Shown here: one piece after another, positions 12,420-26,060 of the stretch | How positions within the stretch are numbered: position 1 is the first letter of the stretch | Layout of the letters: each line of letters opens with the position of its first letter | Assembly (NCBI GenBank): GCA_951406725.2 | Contig: OX597814.1 | Location: 129,518,001-129,582,000 of the forward strand | Length of the DNA: 64,000 bases | DNA from: Octopus vulgaris | Taxonomy: Eukaryota | Reading direction: 5' to 3' | Notes under the pieces: generated by a model | Databases searched by the model: none | What the model saw: the letters and a program-made list of their open reading frames with translations, nothing else | What the model was told of the DNA's origin: nothing | Made by a program: the position numbers and the translations under genes

Positions 12420-13202
12420 TTTTTCAATTTTGGTGCAATGCCAGTAAGTTTGGGGAAGGGAATGTATCTATTACATCAACCCCAATGTTAACTGGTACTT
12501 ACTTTATTGACCCCAAAAAGATGAAAGGCAAAGCCAACCTCGGCAGAATTTGAACTCAGAATGTAAAGACAGACGACATACCGCTAAGCATTTTGCTTAT
12601 CATGCTAATGATTCTGCTACCTTACTGCCTCAAGAATAAGGCAAATATTGACAGGAACCAAATAGGATACCATCATCATCATCATTATCATTGTTTAACG
12701 TCTGCTTTCTGTGCTAGCATGGGTTGGACGATTTGACTGAAGTCTGGTGAACCAGATGGCTGCACCAGACTCCAATCTGATCTGGCAGAGTTTCTACAGC
12801 TGGATGCCCTTTCTAATGCCAACCACTCCGAGAGGAAGGGCATCCAGCTGTAGACAATATGGATTAACTATAGAAACTATAGACACTGACTTAATGCAGT
12901 TAGACAGACTAAACATAGTCACCTTGAAAAGTGCTTATCTATTCAAAACAACACCTAGGTCGCAAGAGCCATTTTTTTTTTCAAAAATTTGCAAAAATTA
13001 TTTCTAAGCAATTAAAGCCAAAACAATGAAGTAAGCAAGAAGTATGTAAACAATACAGGAAATATATCTTCGTTTAGAAACAAAATTCTTGTGATCGTGC
13101 CAAAAATGTTATTCTTTCTTCCTTTTCAAATATTCTTAAATGATTTAAAACAATTTAAAAGAACAATAACTTGATTAAAAATAGCAAGACACCTGCCTGA
13201 CT

Positions 13203-13370
13203 GTATGTATGTATGTATGTATGTATGTATGTATGTATGTATGTATGTATGTATGTATGTATGTATGTATGTATTTATGTATGTATGTATGTATGTATGT
13301 ATGCATGTATGTATGTATGTATGTATGCATGTATGTATGTATGTATGTATGTATGTATGTATGTATGTAT
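13203..13370. repeat. (TATG)n microsatellite
   Basis: Direct inspection. Other large simple repeats: (GAT)n 15074-15205, (TA)n 43890-44060, (CTAT)n 59890-59985, (GAT/GGT)n 38815-39125 and 51900-52090. Confidence 0.95.
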
Positions 13371-14143
13371 ATACATATGGGTGCTGTGCTTGTATGTGTA
13401 CATGTGTATGTATTTAAACCTAAGCTGTTTATATATATATATCATCATATATATATATATATATATATACTGGGTCTGCAAGCCCGAAGGCTGCACCAGG
13501 CCAGTCAGATCTGGCAAATTGAGATAGGGGTTGTGAGTGCAACCCACCATGGGATAACATATATCCAATATACTGCCAGTAAAGCACTCAACAAAGTTAA
13601 TACATAAATGTTAAGAATTGCGATGCAATTAATTCATTTTGTATTATGTATTTTGTATATATATATATATATCTACCTATATATATATATATATATATAT
13701 ATATCTATATATATATATATATATATATCTATATATATATATCATATATATATATATATAATGTTTATAAGTATGTATGCGCATGTGTATGTTTAGGTTT
13801 CTCGTTCTGCTGGGGATAAGTTTGGGCAACTGATGTGCTGATGATATTTATTGTGGCAGAAGCACTTGTCTACAGGTGTCCTGTTGTTGAAAGTCAATCA
13901 GACTGTTCTTATTCCTTAACAGCATATCAGTTTTGGAGAATTTTTGATTCTTGAGAGCAAATCTCTTTCTCATTTGGAGTTGGTCCCAGCTGCTAATGAG
14001 TGATTGCTGTAGCTTAATTGGAAGTAGAGATAATTTCAATGACTCAAGCATGTATCCAATAACAACAATATTTAAACAAAATTGGTCACAGAAAGCTTTC
14101 AAGTACATCGTTGTCATCATGATTGTTGCCAATGCCATCATCG

Positions 14144-14186
<43 letters not shown>

Positions 14187-14326
14187 TATCATCATCATCT
14201 TTTAATGTCTATTTTCCATGGTGGCATGGGTTGGATGGTTTGACAGGAACTGACAATGCCCTCCCTATCTATAAAGCACCTGCAGTGCTAGTGCCACATA
14301 AAAAGCACCCAGTACACTCTATAAGT

Positions 14327-14650
14327 GGAGGTGCAATGGCCCAGTGGTTAGGGTAGTGGGCTTGTAGTCGGAGGATCGCGGTTTCGATTCCCAGATCAGG
14401 CGTTGTGCATGTTTATTGAGCAAAAACATATAAAGCTCCACGAGGCTCTGGCAGGGAGTGGTGGCGACCCCTGTTGTATACTTTCACCCCAACTTTCTCT
14501 CTTTCTCTCTCTCTTCCTGGATTTTGAGTAACACTGCAATCGATTGGTGTCCCGTCCAGCTGGGAGGGAACACATACGCCACAGAAACCAGGAAACCGGG
14601 CCCATAAGCCTGGCTAGGCTTGAAAAGAGTGCATAAATAAATAAATAAAA
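14327..14650 (+). mobile_element. tRNA-derived SINE
   Basis: ggaggtgcaatggcccagtggttaggg head and (TAAA)n tail; flanked by repeated actctataa(a)gtgg (14316 and 14652), a possible TSD. Confidence 0.85.
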
Positions 14651-15073
14651 TACTCTATAAAGTGGTTGGCATTGGGAAAGGCATCCAGCCATAGAAACCA
14701 TGATAAAACAGACAATTGGAGCCTGGTGCATCTCTCGGCTGGCCAGCTCCGGTCAAACCGTCCAACCTGTGCCAGAATGGAAAATAGATGTTAAATGGTG
14801 ATAATGGTAATGATAATGATGACGTATGTGTGTATGTGTATGCATGTGTGCATGCGGTGGGGGATGCGGAGGCAGTACTCTTGTCTTAACATCATGTCAT
14901 TGCAAATAAGCATCACCTCCATACAAGAAACGTTTGTTTCCTGGTTTCCATGGAAAATATGTCTGGCCAGGGGAAATAGGTGAGGGCTGATGACAGGAAG
15001 AGTATCTAACTGCAGAAAATCTGCCTCAACAAATTTTGTGTGACCCATGCAAGCATAGAAAAGTGGACATTAA

Positions 15074-15121
<48 letters not shown>

Positions 15122-15128
15122 GTGGTGG

Positions 15129-15184
<56 letters not shown>

Positions 15185-15987
15185 GTGATGGTGATGGTGA
15201 TGATGAAATTGCTCATTTGAAGGTAGAGGCTTTTGGATTTTCACAAGCATCTTATCATTTCTTACTAAGTTCCTCCACAATCACTTCAACAGATCTTTCA
15301 TGTTTAGGCAATTATCAAAGCTTAGTTATTCTGTTATTTGAATTCTACATTCTCTGTGGTTTAGACCCAAGGCTCTTACTTGCCTTCTGATTTTACCTTA
15401 TCTTATTTCCTATCCTTTCATAACCAATATGTGCAGTGTTTACTAATTCAGTCAGCCTGTTCAACTGCCAAGTTCAGCAAAGTGTCACTGGCTTTTATAA
15501 CAAGTGCAGTTGGCTTTTACAGGTGTGGCTGATGTCTACAGCATGTGAAACTGGCGTTTACCGCAAGAGCAAATGGTTAACAGGAGCCAATAGTTAAATG
15601 CTGACCAAAAAAGAAGGGAAATATGTGAGAATTATGTTGCAGCAAATCTGACATATTTATTGTGTCATGTGACCTTGCCCAGTGGTCACATGATCCATGC
15701 TCTTTGATGAGGTTGGCAATTTGATGGAGGAGATGAACTCAGTAGTTAAATATAGCAATTGAAGCAAGTACACAAAGAGCTTATTACAATGACCATTTGA
15801 CCATTGGATACCTTTAGTAGAATTCAACATAGCTATAAGCAGTCAGACTGAGTCTCTGGTTAGAAGATAACTTATGAGTTGCGATTCCTTTCTACCTCTT
15901 CTTGAGCAGTGTTACAGATGCTGCAACAGAAATAGATAACGAATACTGCCCTTCCACCCTTGACTAAGCTGTAAAATGTAATTAAAA

Positions 15988-16175
15988 GCAGGCATAGGAG
16001 TGGCTGTGTGGTAAGTAGCTTCTTTACGAACCACATGGTTCTGGGTTCAGTCCCACTGCATGGCACCTTGGGCAAGAGTCTTCTACTATAGCCTTGGGCT
16101 GACCAAAGCCTTGTAAGTGGATTTGGTAGATGGAAACTGAAAGAAGCCCATCGTAAATATGTATATATATGTGTA

Positions 16176-16248
<73 letters not shown>

Positions 16249-16460
16249 TTGTGTGTCTGTGTTTGTCCCCCCAACATCGCTTGACAATGATGCTGGTGTG
16301 TTTACGTCCCCGTAACTTAGCGGTTCGGCAAAAGTGACCAATAGAATAAGTACTAGGCTTACAAAGAATAAGTCCTGGGGTCAATTTGCTCGACTAAAGG
16401 CGCTGCTCCAGCATGGCCGAAGTCAAATGACTGAAACAAGTAAAAGAGTAAAAGAGTAAT
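15988..16460 (+). mobile_element. Abundant SINE with internal (TA)n(TG)n microsatellite
   Basis: ggagtggctgtgtggtaagtagc..ctgggttcagtcccactg..ggcaccttgggcaag head; tail gactgaaacaagtaaaagagtaaaagagt; at least 8 copies in the window. Confidence 0.85.
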
Positions 16461-17243
16461 ATGAACACCTTAGGCAACCTGGGCTGACCAACACCTTGTG
16501 AATACATTTGATAGAAGCTGTGTTGAAACCCATCGTATATGTGTGTGCGTGTGTGTGTGTGTGTGTGTTTTTTTTGTCTCTTCCACCACTTAGCAGCCAA
16601 TGTTTGTTTGTTTTCATCCTTGTAACTTATCAGTTTGGTGAAAGAGGCCAATAGAATTAGCACATGACTTTAAAAATTAGTCCTGGGGTGGATTTGTTTA
16701 ATTAAGCATTTCAAGGTGGTGCCCTAGCTTGGCCATGGTCCAATAGATGAAACAAGTACAAGATCAAAGATAATAAGAGTGCTAACAAAATAAAAGAAAC
16801 AATAACAAAAACAAACAAAAAGAAAACGAGATTAAATAATGATCGCTAAGTATGGACCAATGTAGTGTAGAGAGTTACATCAATGTTCAATCAAATTGTA
16901 ATTATATTCATAATAATAAGAAAAATCGTTAGCATTAATGGCGTTTCCTGATAAGTGGGATAAGGGAGGGAACACCAAATTATAAATTGATGAAAACTTA
17001 AAAAGAGATGCACAGCTGGGAGTGAGTCTGTTATTTGCAAGGGACAGAACAAGTTAGGAAATTGATTGGTTGAGAGATAACAATATTTAATTGACTCAGA
17101 ATATCATGATAGAAGACAAAAATAGACAAAAACACTTATTCTTTGCTTGGATATTGTGGACAGTAAAATTGATGAAGCACTGGGCTAAATATCATACAGT
17201 ACAGTAGTACCTTGGAATTTTGAACGACTGTGATTGTGAATAA

Positions 17244-17277
<34 letters not shown>

Positions 17278-17286
17278 TATAGATAT

Positions 17287-20200
17287 ATCATCATCATCAT
17301 TTAATGTCCGCTTTCCATGCTAGCATGGGTTGGACGGTTTGACTGGGGTCTGGGAAGCCATGGAGGCTGCACCAAACACCAGTCTGGCTTGGCAGTGCTT
17401 CTACAGCTGGATGCCCTTCCTAATACCAACCACTCCATGAGTGTAGTGGGTGCTTTTTACGTGCCACCAGACAAGGCTGGCAAATGGCCACGATAGGTTG
17501 GTGCTTTTATGTGTCACCGACACGGATGCCAGTCAGGCGGCACTGGCATCTGCCACGTTCGGACAGTGCTTTTAACGTGTCACCAGCACAGGTGTCTTAA
17601 CTACAATTCCCATTTGATTTTCATTTTGATGTTGGTGTTGACGTACTTAACTTAATAGGTCTTCTCGAGAACAGTGGGTCACTCTACGATCCATGTTTAG
17701 CACAGCAGGCCGTCCTGCAAGCTATGAACTCACTTCATTTGTCAGATCTTCACAGTCACAGCATATCTCAGGTATCTCGGTCTTCGTCATTTCCTCTGTG
17801 AGGCCTGACATGCCACCAGCACGGGTATCACAACTACAATATCCATACGATTTTTATTTTGATGTTGATGAACTTGACACAATAGGTCTCTTCAAGAGCA
17901 GCAGGCCGTCCTGCAAGCTATGAACTCACTTCATATGTCGGGTCTTCGAAGTCACAGCATATCCCCAGAGGTCTTGGTCTTTCGTCATAGCCTCTATGAG
18001 GCTCAACGTACGAAGGTCATGCTTGACCACCTCGTCCCATGGGTCTACCTCTACCCCAGATTCCTTCAACAGTTTGGGAGTGTCACTTCTTCACACATCT
18101 CTCCTCATCCATCCATAGTACATGACAATACCAATGCAATCATCTCTCTTGCATGCTGCATTCGATGCTTCTAATGCCCAACATTTCTCTCAGGGCGCTT
18201 ACACTCTGTCGTGCATGGACACTGACATTACACATCCAGCGGATCATGCTAGCTTCATTTCTTTCGTGCCTACGCATGTCCGCCACAGTCACAGCCTATG
18301 TTTCACTGCCGTGAAGCATGGCAGTTCGCACACATGCGTCGTACAATCTACCTTTCACTCTGAGCGAGAGACCCTTTGTCGCCAGTAGGGGAAGAAGCTT
18401 CCTAAACTTTGACATGGTTATTCTTATTATAGTGGTAACGCTCTCTGAGCATCCACCCCTGCTACTAACTTGGTCACCTAGGTAGCAGAAACTATCAACT
18501 ACTTCTAGTTTCTCCCCCAGGAGTGTAATGGAATCTGTTTTCTGAGTATCAATGGTGTCTATTGTCCCTGTGCATCTGTTGCACATGAAAGCTATCTTCT
18601 TGGTTAATTTTCCTTTGATATTGCTACACCTCTTATGTGTCCATAGCTTACACTGGGTACATGTTATGGAGTTTCTACCTACACCTTTTCTACAGATCGA
18701 GCCAGGCCACCTACCTGAAGGTGTGTGTGGTGAGTTTGCCTTCCTACTTACTAGAACTTTGGACTTTGCTACATTGACTCTAAGGCCTTTTGATTCTAAA
18801 CCACACACGAAATTTCTTCTCTAGTTCCGGTAGTGATTCTGCTATGAGGGCTAAGTCATCAGCATAGAGGAGCTCCCAGGGACAACTCATCTTAAATTCC
18901 TCTGTTATTGCCTGGAGGACTATGATGAATAGAATGGGACTGAGGGCTGAGCCTTGGTGGACGCCAACTTCTACCCAGAATTCTTTACTGTACTTATTGC
19001 CAATTCTAACCTTACTAACAGCCTCTCTGTAAAGGGCCTGTACAGCCCTTATTAACCATTCGTCAATCTCCAGTTTCCACATCGCCCACCAGATAAGGGA
19101 TCGGGGGACCCTGTCAAAGGCTTTCTCCAAGTCCACAAAAGCTAAGTATAGGGGTTTATCTTTGGCTAGGTATTTCTCCTGTAGTTGTCGAACCATGAAT
19201 ATGGCATCAGTGGTACTTCTACCCGGCACAAAACCGAACTGCATCTCATCTAAGCAAACTCTCTCCCTGATGAGATGGGCTATGACCCTCTCCGTGACCT
19301 TCATTACCTGATCCAGCAGTTTGATATCCCTGTAGTTATTTCTATCTAGAGCATCACCTTTACCCTTGTAGCAGTTGACTATTGTGCTGCTATGCCAGTC
19401 ATTGGGTATGACTCCATCATGAACTACCTGGTTTACAATGCGGGTGACTAGGCCATAGCCCACACCAGATGTTTTAAGCATCTCGGCAGTGATTCCTGAT
19501 GGGCCAGGGACTTTTCCTGACTACATACCCTTAATTGCCTTAACTACTAGGGAGCTATCTATACGGATAGCTGGTCCTTCTAGATCAACGTTTGGCAGGC
19601 TCTCCTCCTCCCATTCATTCTCCACATTCAGCAGTCTTTCATAGTGGCTTCTCCAAGCCTCTTTCTTTTCAGAATCACTAAAAGCAAGTGCACCATCATC
19701 CATTCGAACACATTTCTCTCCTGTGACATCACAATTTTCTCTCACACACTGCCTTGCAATCCAAAATACCTCAGTTCTTTGGTCCTCACATCTCTGGACA
19801 TTGGCAAACTTCTTCTTTTCTGCTTCGCTCTTGGCTATGTATACCTGCCACCCAGCCTCCCTTCTGGCTACTTGGTACTGTTCCCTGCTACCCCCATCCT
19901 TCCAGGCTTTCCAGGCCTGTTTCTTTGCTCTAACGGCTTTGTCTACCGTACTATTCCACCACCACGTAACTCTAGGTCTGGAAGGGACTTTGCACCAGCC
20001 ACAGACTTGGTCTGTGGCACTCAGTAAGCTGTCCCATAGGAATTTCCAGCTACCTTCTATGTCTGATGTCTGTAGCTCCTCCTCCCTCTCCTCAAATTTC
20101 TTGATGAGGATGTCCCTAAATCTCAGATCATGTGAAGGGTTCTTTAGCCTCCAAATCCTTCTTTTTTGGATTGGTTTGCGTCTTGGTATCCTTCTGGTCT

Positions 20201-21400
20201 CGAGACTAAAGTCACTAATAACTAGCCTGTGCTGGGGAGGGAGGTACATTCTTCACCCAGGAGGGTCTTTGTATTTAAGAGTAACCCTGCATCCCGCTGT
20301 CTGGTGAGGATGAAATCAATCTGGCTAGCGGAGTCCCCCGATTGATAGGTTATAAGGTGGCTGTCTGGCTTCCTGAAGTTAGTGTTGCAGATTAAAAGGT
20401 TACATGCATCACAGAACTCCAGTAGCCTGGTTCCCTCATCATTTCGGGTGCCAATTCCATGGCCACCGTGTACCTCAGTGAAGATACCTGCTTCCCGCCC
20501 GACATTCCCATTAAAGTTTCCAGCCACAAAGACGAGGTCATTGCCACTCGTCTTTGAAGTAGCCTGTAGAAGGGTGTCATAAAAGTGGTCCTTCTGATCA
20601 TTTGGTAGCCCCGCATGTGGGGTGTAGGCAGAGATGATAGTAGCTGTGCTATTCTGCAGGACTAGTCTAAGCTTAAGTACTCTATCACATACCCTAACAA
20701 CCTCTATAACCTTATCCACCCACTTCTCTGAGAGGAGAATGCCTACACCCTCTATACCATCCATGTTACCTTGCCAGAAGAATTTGTACCTATGTGCTTA
20801 GCCTGTGAAGCTCCTCTCCATCTTACCTCTTGTATGCAGCATACATCAACCCGTCTCCTTTCAAGCATCTGTACAATCTCACTAGACCTACCTTTCATTG
20901 TGCCAACATTGACAGTGCTAACTCTGAAAACTGTGGGGTGGGGTGAGGTTTGGGTGGGAGGGATGTTATTCAGCACCTGAAAAGAAAAAGGTTGTTGTGG
21001 TGGTGTTCGTTTGTTTGGCATGCTTCATCCTTTCTTTTTCTTTTCTTCCTCTCTTCCAACCTGACAACATTCAAGCATGTTAAGGATGTTGGCCCTACCG
21101 GAGGTAGAAGCTGGTGTTAGTAGCATTGTAAGCATAAGCATTATGGTCATGAATGATGCAGATTCAAGCAGGGTAGCAAATTGGAAAATATGGATACTCC
21201 AATGTTAGGTTACAAGGGTGTCAGCTGAAACGGTTGCATTGCCTGGGCAGAGGGGGATTGCAGGGATAAAGAAGGGTACCACCAACGAGGAGGGTTCAGA
21301 CAGATGGAGGAAACAAGCGCATTCCTATATATACACAAGCACACCCACACTCAGAAATAGGTACACACGGGCAGCCGAACAGCTTTCTGGTTCACTTCAC
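17287..21400 (-). mobile_element. Near-full-length RTE-clade LINE, disrupted by frameshifts and stops; 5' boundary approximate
   Basis: APE endonuclease (STVNVGTM..CIQEVRW, SAYTP, AGNFNG, QIDFIL; 21021-20222), RT (YKGKGD, FVDLEKAFDRVPR, GVHQGSALSP, LLYADDL; 19481-18780), PHD-like finger and FCYLGD..MLHGSET (18808-18296), long 3' UTR and (GAT)n tail. Confidence 0.95.
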
Positions 21401-22461
21401 TTCATAAGGCCAAAGCATAATATATTCATGAGCAGAGGCGTTTGTAAACCAAGGTACTAATGTATTGAATGAATATGAGAAAGACTGGAGATAAAGTATG
21501 ATTTATTTGTGATCAGAGTTGTTTGAAAATCAAGGTTTTACAGTATTTGGTTTAGTTCTTTACATTCTGTTTATAAATTGTGATGGAGTCAACTTTTGTC
21601 TTTCATCTTTCAGAGGTCAATATCAGGCAAGTATTTGGGTTACATGACAGGTTATACTTTTTCTAAAAAAATTTCTAGTCTTGTGTCTATGTTGAACAAA
21701 TTATTTGTTTTCAAAACAGCTTTGCTTTGCCCAACTCCTGCATTTTTTTTTATTCTTAGAAGCATGCACATACATACACATACACACAAGGCCCAGCACA
21801 CTTAGAAGTAAAACTCAAAATAGCAAGACACCGACTCACCCAAAATAAAAATATGAAAAATATTATAAATCTCTATGTTATCAAGTACCCTTTCTTCAGG
21901 TGGCAAATACTAAATGTTGTGGTTAAATGGGGGTCCACATAGTCACCAGATGCTGGTTGGGTGAGCACCATATTGGGCTAAAACATCCAATGAATGACGC
22001 AAACCCCAAGTTCTACTTCAACCTCCTCATGGTACCACCTGGATGTAAACCAACAAGAGAGGATGACTGCAGGTGCTTGGTGCAGTATAACCAAGCTGCT
22101 CTGAGCAGATGGGACTCATTAGCCATAATCAGCAGCCTATCTAGAAGGACACTGATATAAAACCTATGACCTGAGGACCTCTCTGTCATTGTCCCAGCTT
22201 GCTGGGCCATGGCAGATGAACTCCAGGTGTAAAGGGTGGGCTAGTTTTGCACAGGCTGCACTTCACCTTAAAACTCCATTACACTGTCTGAAGGATCTGT
22301 CCATGTCCACAATCATGATTGACTGTGCAGATGATGTGGACAGCAGCCTTCCTAATCTTCATCAGCGAAGCCAAGCCAAGATAATAATAATGATAATGGA
22401 ATTATTGTGTATAGTGCTCATGTGCACCACAAGTCATCAAAAGTCAGAAAGGTTAACAGTA

Positions 22462-23500
22462 TCATCATCATCGTTTAATGTCCATTCTCCATGCTAGCAT
22501 GGGTTGGACGGTTCGACCGGGGATCTGGGAGCCAGAAGGCTGCACCAGGCTCCAGTCTTATCTGGCAATGTTTCTACAGCTGGATGCCCTTCCTAACGCC
22601 AACCACTCCGTGAGTGTAGTGGGTGCTTTTTTACGTGCCACCTGCACAGGTGCCAGGCGAGGCTGGCATTGGCCACAGTCGGATTGGTGCATTTTACATG
22701 CCACCGGCACGGAAGCCAGTTGAAGCGGCACTGGCTTCGGCCACGATTCGGATGGTGCTTTTTACGTGCCACTGGCACGGAAGCCAGTCGAGGCAGCACT
22801 GGCATCGGCCACGATTCGGATAGTGCTTTTTACATACCACCAGTCCAGGGGTCCTGGCATCTGCCGGGTGCCAGTCATAGGATTGGTTCAATTTCGATTC
22901 CGATTTCGATTTCAATTTCACTTGCCCCAACAGGTCTTCGCAAGCAAAGCGGGGTTGGCATGGGTGCCTGTCATCGGATGAGGTTCAATATCGACTTCGC
23001 TTGCCTCAACAGGCCTTTGTGTGTCCAAGGGAGGAAAGGCATGCATAAGTGGGCTGGACTCACTTGTCCTGCCTTGTCTTCTCACTTACAGCATATTTCC
23101 AAAGGTCTTGGTCGCTGGTCATTTCCTCTGTGAGGCCTAAAGTTCGAAGGTCGTGCTTCACCACCTTGTTCCAGGTTTTCCTGGGTCTACCTCTTCCACG
23201 GGTTCCCTCAACTGCTAGGGATTGGCACTTTTTCACACACCTATCTTCATCCATTCTCGCCACATGATTATACCAGTGCAATCGTCTCTCTTGCACACCA
23301 CAACTGATGTTTCTTAGGTCCAACATTTCTCTCAAGGTACTAACGCTCTGTCGAGTATGCACACTGACATTACACATCCATCGGAGCATACTGGCTTCAT
23401 TCCTCGTGAGCTTACGCATGTCCTCAGCAGTCACGGCCCATGTTTCACTGCCATGTAGCATGGCTGTTCGTACACATGCATCATACATCTGCCTTTTACT
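22462..23500 (-). mobile_element. 5'-truncated RTE LINE (C-terminus and 3' UTR)
   Basis: ORF 23060-23542: YDACVRTAMLHGSETW..LRWMC..RRLHWYNHVARM..GRGRPRKTW; (GAT)n tail at 22462. Confidence 0.92.
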
Positions 23501-24404
23501 CTGAAAACATATACCTGGGAGTATATGAGTTATAATATACATACCTGTATCAGATACATATACTTATATCTGTGTGTGTGCGTATGTGTGGGCATGTGGG
23601 TGTGTTTATGCATGTATGTGTGTGTGCTTGTGTGTGTTGTGCATGTGCATGCATGTATGTGTACTTGTGTGTGTTGTGTGTATACATGCATGTATGCATG
23701 TGTGTGTGTGTGCTTGTGTGTTGTGCGTATAAGTGCATGTATGTGTGTGTGTGTACATGTGTGTTGTCTGCATGTATGTCTGTGTGTGTGTACATTCTTT
23801 AATTAGTTACAGGGTCTCAGTCATTTGACTGTGGCCATGTGGAGCACTCTACTTGAAAAGTTTTAACCAATTATATTTCCGGCTGAGTGGTTGGTGCTAG
23901 GAAGGGCATCCAGAGGCAAAAACCATGCCAAAACAGACACAGAAGTCTGGTGCAGGCTCCTGCCAAGCCAACTCCTGTCAAACTGTTCAACCCATGCCAG
24001 CATGGAAGGCAAACAATTAAATGATGACGACGATGATGATGAGGATTCTTATACCTGTTAAGTAATTTTCTGAACTCTGTAAGGCAAATCCACTCTAGAA
24101 ATAAGGGGGTGTAATTAACTGTAACTGGACAGAATACTACAGAAATATTCGATCAGAGGATGGTAAAAAGACTATCTTGGAAAGGTTCAATAAGGTTGAT
24201 CACCTATTGATAAATATCTCTAATCAAGAAAGTTCAAGAATTTTGAGTTTATCCAAATGTATCATTCAATTACTTATTCTTATCACTTTAGCTCAGTTTC
24301 TTTTCTCGCTCACTACAGTAGAATTTAATGTCACTATTAATGGCAAAAATATGAAACAGACATTGTCATTATATTTATTGATGTGGTATATCTATTCTTT
24401 CTTC

Positions 24405-24603
24405 CATTCTTTTACTTGTTTCAGTCATTTGACTGCGGCCATGCTGGAGCACCACCTTTAGTCGCAAATCGACCCCAGGACTTATTCTTTTTTTACTTAG
24501 CCTAGTACTTATTCTATCAGTCTCTTTTGCTGAACAGCTAAGTTATGAGGGACGTAAACACACCAGCATCAGTTGTCAAGCGATGTTGGGGGGACAAACA
24601 CAG

Positions 24604-24650
<47 letters not shown>

Positions 24651-24815
24651 TATGATGGGCTTCTTTCAGTTTCCATCTACCAAATCCACTCACAAGGCTT
24701 TGGTCGGCTCGAGGCTATAGTAGAAGACACTTGCCCAAGATGCCATGCAGTGAGACTGAATCCGGAACCATGTGGTTTGTAAGCAAGCTACTTACCACAC
24801 AGCCACTCCTGCACC
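24405..24815 (-). mobile_element. Microsatellite-containing SINE (family of 15988)
   Basis: Reverse-complement match to 15988-16460. Confidence 0.85.
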
Positions 24816-25760
24816 TATATATATCTATATATATTTTTTTGTTGTTAAACATAGTTGAGACTAACTACTATACACGTCGTGTTAGACGAAAGCTCTCAGG
24901 TTTTACTTAGCTCAGGTTGCTGTCATCATTCTCCAGGATTGCTCAGGTTTATCCTTTCGGAGCAAAAAATGCCTTGAACTTAAGCTATGCACTGTAATCT
25001 TCTACTATGAAACTTGAGGCAGTTTGTCTCAAGATACTTTATACAAAATATCAACAACTCTCAAATATGTATTGAATACTTAATGTTGCTGATGTTGTCA
25101 ACAAATGAACAGTAAACCACACACACACACGTCACATTCACATATATACACATATACCCATGCACACATATACATATATACATATGTGTGTACACACACA
25201 CACACACACTTGGCTGATTCAGGCCATCTTAGTTGGCGTTTGTCAGATGACGTCAGAGATCAAGGGGGAGATAAATGTCATCCGCTTCGTTAATTTTACA
25301 TTGAGATAAGAACTTGGGAACAAATTGGTCAACAGTTGGAATTCAACTTGGAACTGGAATAATAGAATGATTGCATTACAGAATTAATTCTCATCCGTCC
25401 TTAACCTCTGATTAAATGCCACCAGGGCATATTGTTATTATAGCTGTATTATAGTCACGCTATTTAGTTCTCTTTAGTTTTGGGCCACAGGCCCAATTAA
25501 CCCTTCGCAGGAGTGAGCTTAAAAGTCCACACAGAGTGTGGCTTTTAAACTAGTAAAGGTCTAGAAAAACTAGAAAGACCTAGAAAAACAAGTGCTGAAG
25601 AGATGAAAACCAATCCCAAGTTGTTGCATCTCTCAAAAGTGATAACACGGGACCGTGATTATTAGTAATATGCTGTATGGTGAAAAATCACTGTCTCAAG
25701 TAAGCATGGCAGAGAAATATCTAACCATGAGAATAAGTGGGGTGCACTTGTTGCATCAGT

Positions 25761-26060
25761 GGAGACACATGGCCTAGTGGTTAGAGCAGCAGACTCGCAG
25801 TCAAGGGATCGCAGGTTTGAATCTTAGACCAGGTTATGTGTGTGTTTATGAGTGAAACATCTAAGTTCCATGCGGCTCCGGCAGAAGGTAATGGCGAACT
25901 TCTGCTGACTCTTTCACCACAACTTTCTCTCACTCTTTCCTCCTGCATCTTGCAGCTCACCTGTGACAGACTGGTGTCCCATCCAGGTGGGGAACCTATA
26001 TGCCAAGGAAACCGGGAAACTGGCCCTTATGAGCCAGGCATGGCCCGAAAAGGAACAAAC
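25761..26060 (+). mobile_element. tRNA-derived SINE (related subfamily)
   Basis: ggagacacatggcctagtggttagagcagcagactcgcag..ggtttgaatc head; body shared with the 14327 and 31617 copies. Confidence 0.75.

Noticed and set aside
13205-13607. Long ORFs such as MYVC, HT, YI and poly-D/H/M/P (also 15026-15390, 38784-39208, 40198-40620, 43790-44157, 48044-48780, 51750-52211, 59634-60098)
   Set aside because: Translations of microsatellites that happen to lack stops; no splice or homology support.
22621-22850. CRISPR-like array of palindromic repeats
   Set aside because: The intervening segments resemble each other, the array lies in an RTE 3' UTR, the DNA is eukaryotic and no cas genes are present.
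25590-25650. Hammerhead-like gtg CTGAAGA gatg...catc
   Set aside because: GAAA is absent (caaaa) and stem III and the cleavage triplet cannot be formed; at most a decayed relic.
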